This document shows, piece by piece, positions 61,831 to 64,000 of a DNA stretch of 64,000 nucleotides. The notes under the pieces are model-generated. The model had not been told where the DNA came from. It saw only the letters and a list, made by a program, of their open reading frames with translations, and ran no database searches. The translations under genes were made by a program, and so were the position numbers. Source of the stretch: Phoronis australis (lineage: Eukaryota > Animalia > Phoronida); the NCBI GenBank assembly GCA_002633005.1, contig NMRA01000090.1:447986-511985 (forward strand), in the 5' to 3' direction. Each line of letters starts with the position of its first letter. The first letter of the stretch is position 1.

Positions 61831-64000
61831 GTCCAAGATATTTTCTGCCAACGCCCTGTCACTTTCGGCTAAATAACTGCGTTTTATACGGGCGTCTGAG
61901 AAACGAATACAAAACGAATTTCAAGATAAACATTCCATCTTGTGTTTTGTTTTCACAATCAAAGTTTAAATAAGAAAACCGGTATAAGCGTGAAAACATA
62001 GGCAGCCGAGAAGATATGGCAACACGAAGAAGAGGAAAATTCAAGAGGGCCACCCCTCATTTTTGTTGATAACTTCTCGAGGTGATCAAGTCCATTGATA
62101 GAATAGATTCTCTATGTTTTCCCTTTTTGAGAAATTGTACAACCTCAATAGGAATCTGGGTAGTTCAGTGGTATATTGTAGTTTCCGGAACAATGCTTCT
62201 CTATACCAACCGGGGAAAACCGATCTCGCCGTGGACCCTTGCCATCAAGAAGTTTGAAGTAAGGTCCTATTGTGTTATACAAGGCAATTATCGAATTAGT
62301 GATGTCTTCACGGCAATAAAATACTGGGTGAAATAAACTGAAATGTTAAGGACAGAAACTGTTTTTTGACTGCTGAAATTGAAATCCTCATAAATTTTAG
62401 CTTAGAATCCTTCTTTAGCAGATAAAATGCGATGAAAATTTGCCAAAGCGCTGCGATGAATTTTTATTTCTCAATCAGCGTGGTAGATATTGGCGTTTGG
62501 GTCGTGACATCGGACAAAAGACGAAACCTAGCGATTAACAAAAGAAATATTGATATCAGGCCTCTGATATGTAATATGGACTAAACAGGAGTTAGTTGTA
62601 TTGCTTTATGTTAAGGACGGTCACTTCTTACAGGGTTACACTATGATGTGCAATTCTACTGTCACTGCCGTATTCTATTTTTTACGATATTTAACCTTAC
62701 ATATTAAAGGTGTACTCTTTTAGACGGGTTCAAAATCGGAGGGAATGTCCGAGGCAATTGCCTTTTTTCCGTTTTATGAATACAACTATTCACGAGGGGA
62801 AGAAGATAAGATCCAAATTCATAAAAAACAAAAAAGCTGTATTAATACATTCGGCCCAAGGAATAAAAAATAAAGCTATTGAAAGTTTCCAAAATTAAAA
62901 ACAATCATAATAACAATTTGACCGGACATGCGAAAGGTTGTCATGTAAATTACTAAGCGGCTTCGAAAATTAGTACTTAGATCTAATCGATCTTAATCTT
63001 TCTCAACTCCCCGGAGCATGCAATGGGTGCAACGGTTTCGAAGCACACCGATTTATCCAAACACATAACGTAGAAATTCCAAGTACTTAATTGTCCCCCC
63101 TGGTTACATGAACCGGAAAAAATCCAAGACCTGCAAACTTTTGGATTAGTAAGATGTCGCTGTGGATGTACATTGTATATTCCTATGTTTGGGTGCAAAT
63201 CGCCTCGTAATAGTGGTAGATAAGTCATTACTAAACATCCGATATTCGTTGCTATACTTAAAAATGTACTATTATAATGAACATGTAGTTAATGGCATAA
63301 CACATTGCAAATCTAGACTTTTCAGTGTTCACTGTATGTTTTGCAATGAGTGTTTTTCTAATCATTAAAACACCATTTCAAGGAAAAGCTATCTCACACA
63401 TGAACCATAAAATGTGTTGAAACACGGGTTATGTTTGAAATTACACCTTTAGGGGATTGCATTGGTATAAAGATTGGTTGAACACGAGTTTGAAATGTCA
63501 TCAAAAATTAGGGCATTTCATTGTTAGGTAGTACCTAAATTGCAAATAATGAAATAGTTCATTTAAAAAAACAAAGGGATATCTTAAACCTTTCTACACC
63601 ATGATAAAAATTAATTTCCATTCCAACAATATCTTTCACGGTGTCAACATGATTAGTCAAAGCGTCCAAAACTGGACAATTTCAAATCAATGACACCTAA
63701 CCCTTTTAGACAGTAGGCATTAATATATCGTTAGCATTAAAATAGCAGGGGAAACTTGCCATGGACACTAATTTGCGAGTGCTTTCGTGAATTCAATGAT
63801 TAGGCCATTAACGGGAATAAAGTGTAGTTTTACAATTTCAAACTAAATTTTTAACCACTGAGAATCCTGCAGGTTAAGTGGCTTGTTGTTAAACTATGTT
63901 CTGTCACCGTATATAAAACATTTCTAATATCTAACCTACATCGTATTGTTACGGATTCTCAGCTGTACTCATTCATACGTGAGTTTTGTTCATTTAATCA

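Noticed and set aside
35000-64000. Evx or Hox homeobox exon upstream of LNPK
   Set aside because: No homeodomain-like peptide in the ORF track or by eye. If linked, it lies outside this window.

Overview
Eukaryotic (animal) draft-assembly DNA: AT-rich, intron-rich, with N-gaps. An invertebrate deuterostome is plausible but not provable from sequence. I reconstructed two complete multi-exon genes by eye from GT-AG splice sites and frame continuity, arranged tail-to-tail. HIBADH (3-hydroxyisobutyrate dehydrogenase) is on the + strand: 9 coding exons, 2313-15064, about 333 aa, with a mitochondrial-type presequence. Lunapark/LNPK is on the - strand: 11 coding exons, 34891-18554, about 335 aa. In vertebrates HIBADH flanks EVX1/HOXA and LNPK flanks EVX2/HOXD, so this adjacency looks like the unduplicated ancestral Hox/Evx neighbourhood. 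The remaining sequence is introns and intergenic DNA full of transposon debris: Penelope-like retroelements (one a long head-to-head palindrome, one carrying a minimal hammerhead ribozyme), a DD37D Tc1/mariner remnant, a Kolobok-like non-autonomous family, several MITEs, minisatellites and probable assembly duplications. A probable signal-peptide exon of a third gene lies at about 60.5 kb. Local oddities include a duplicated 17-nt HIBADH micro-exon, a triplicated acceptor at the last HIBADH exon, and a minisatellite made of copies of an LNPK splice donor.
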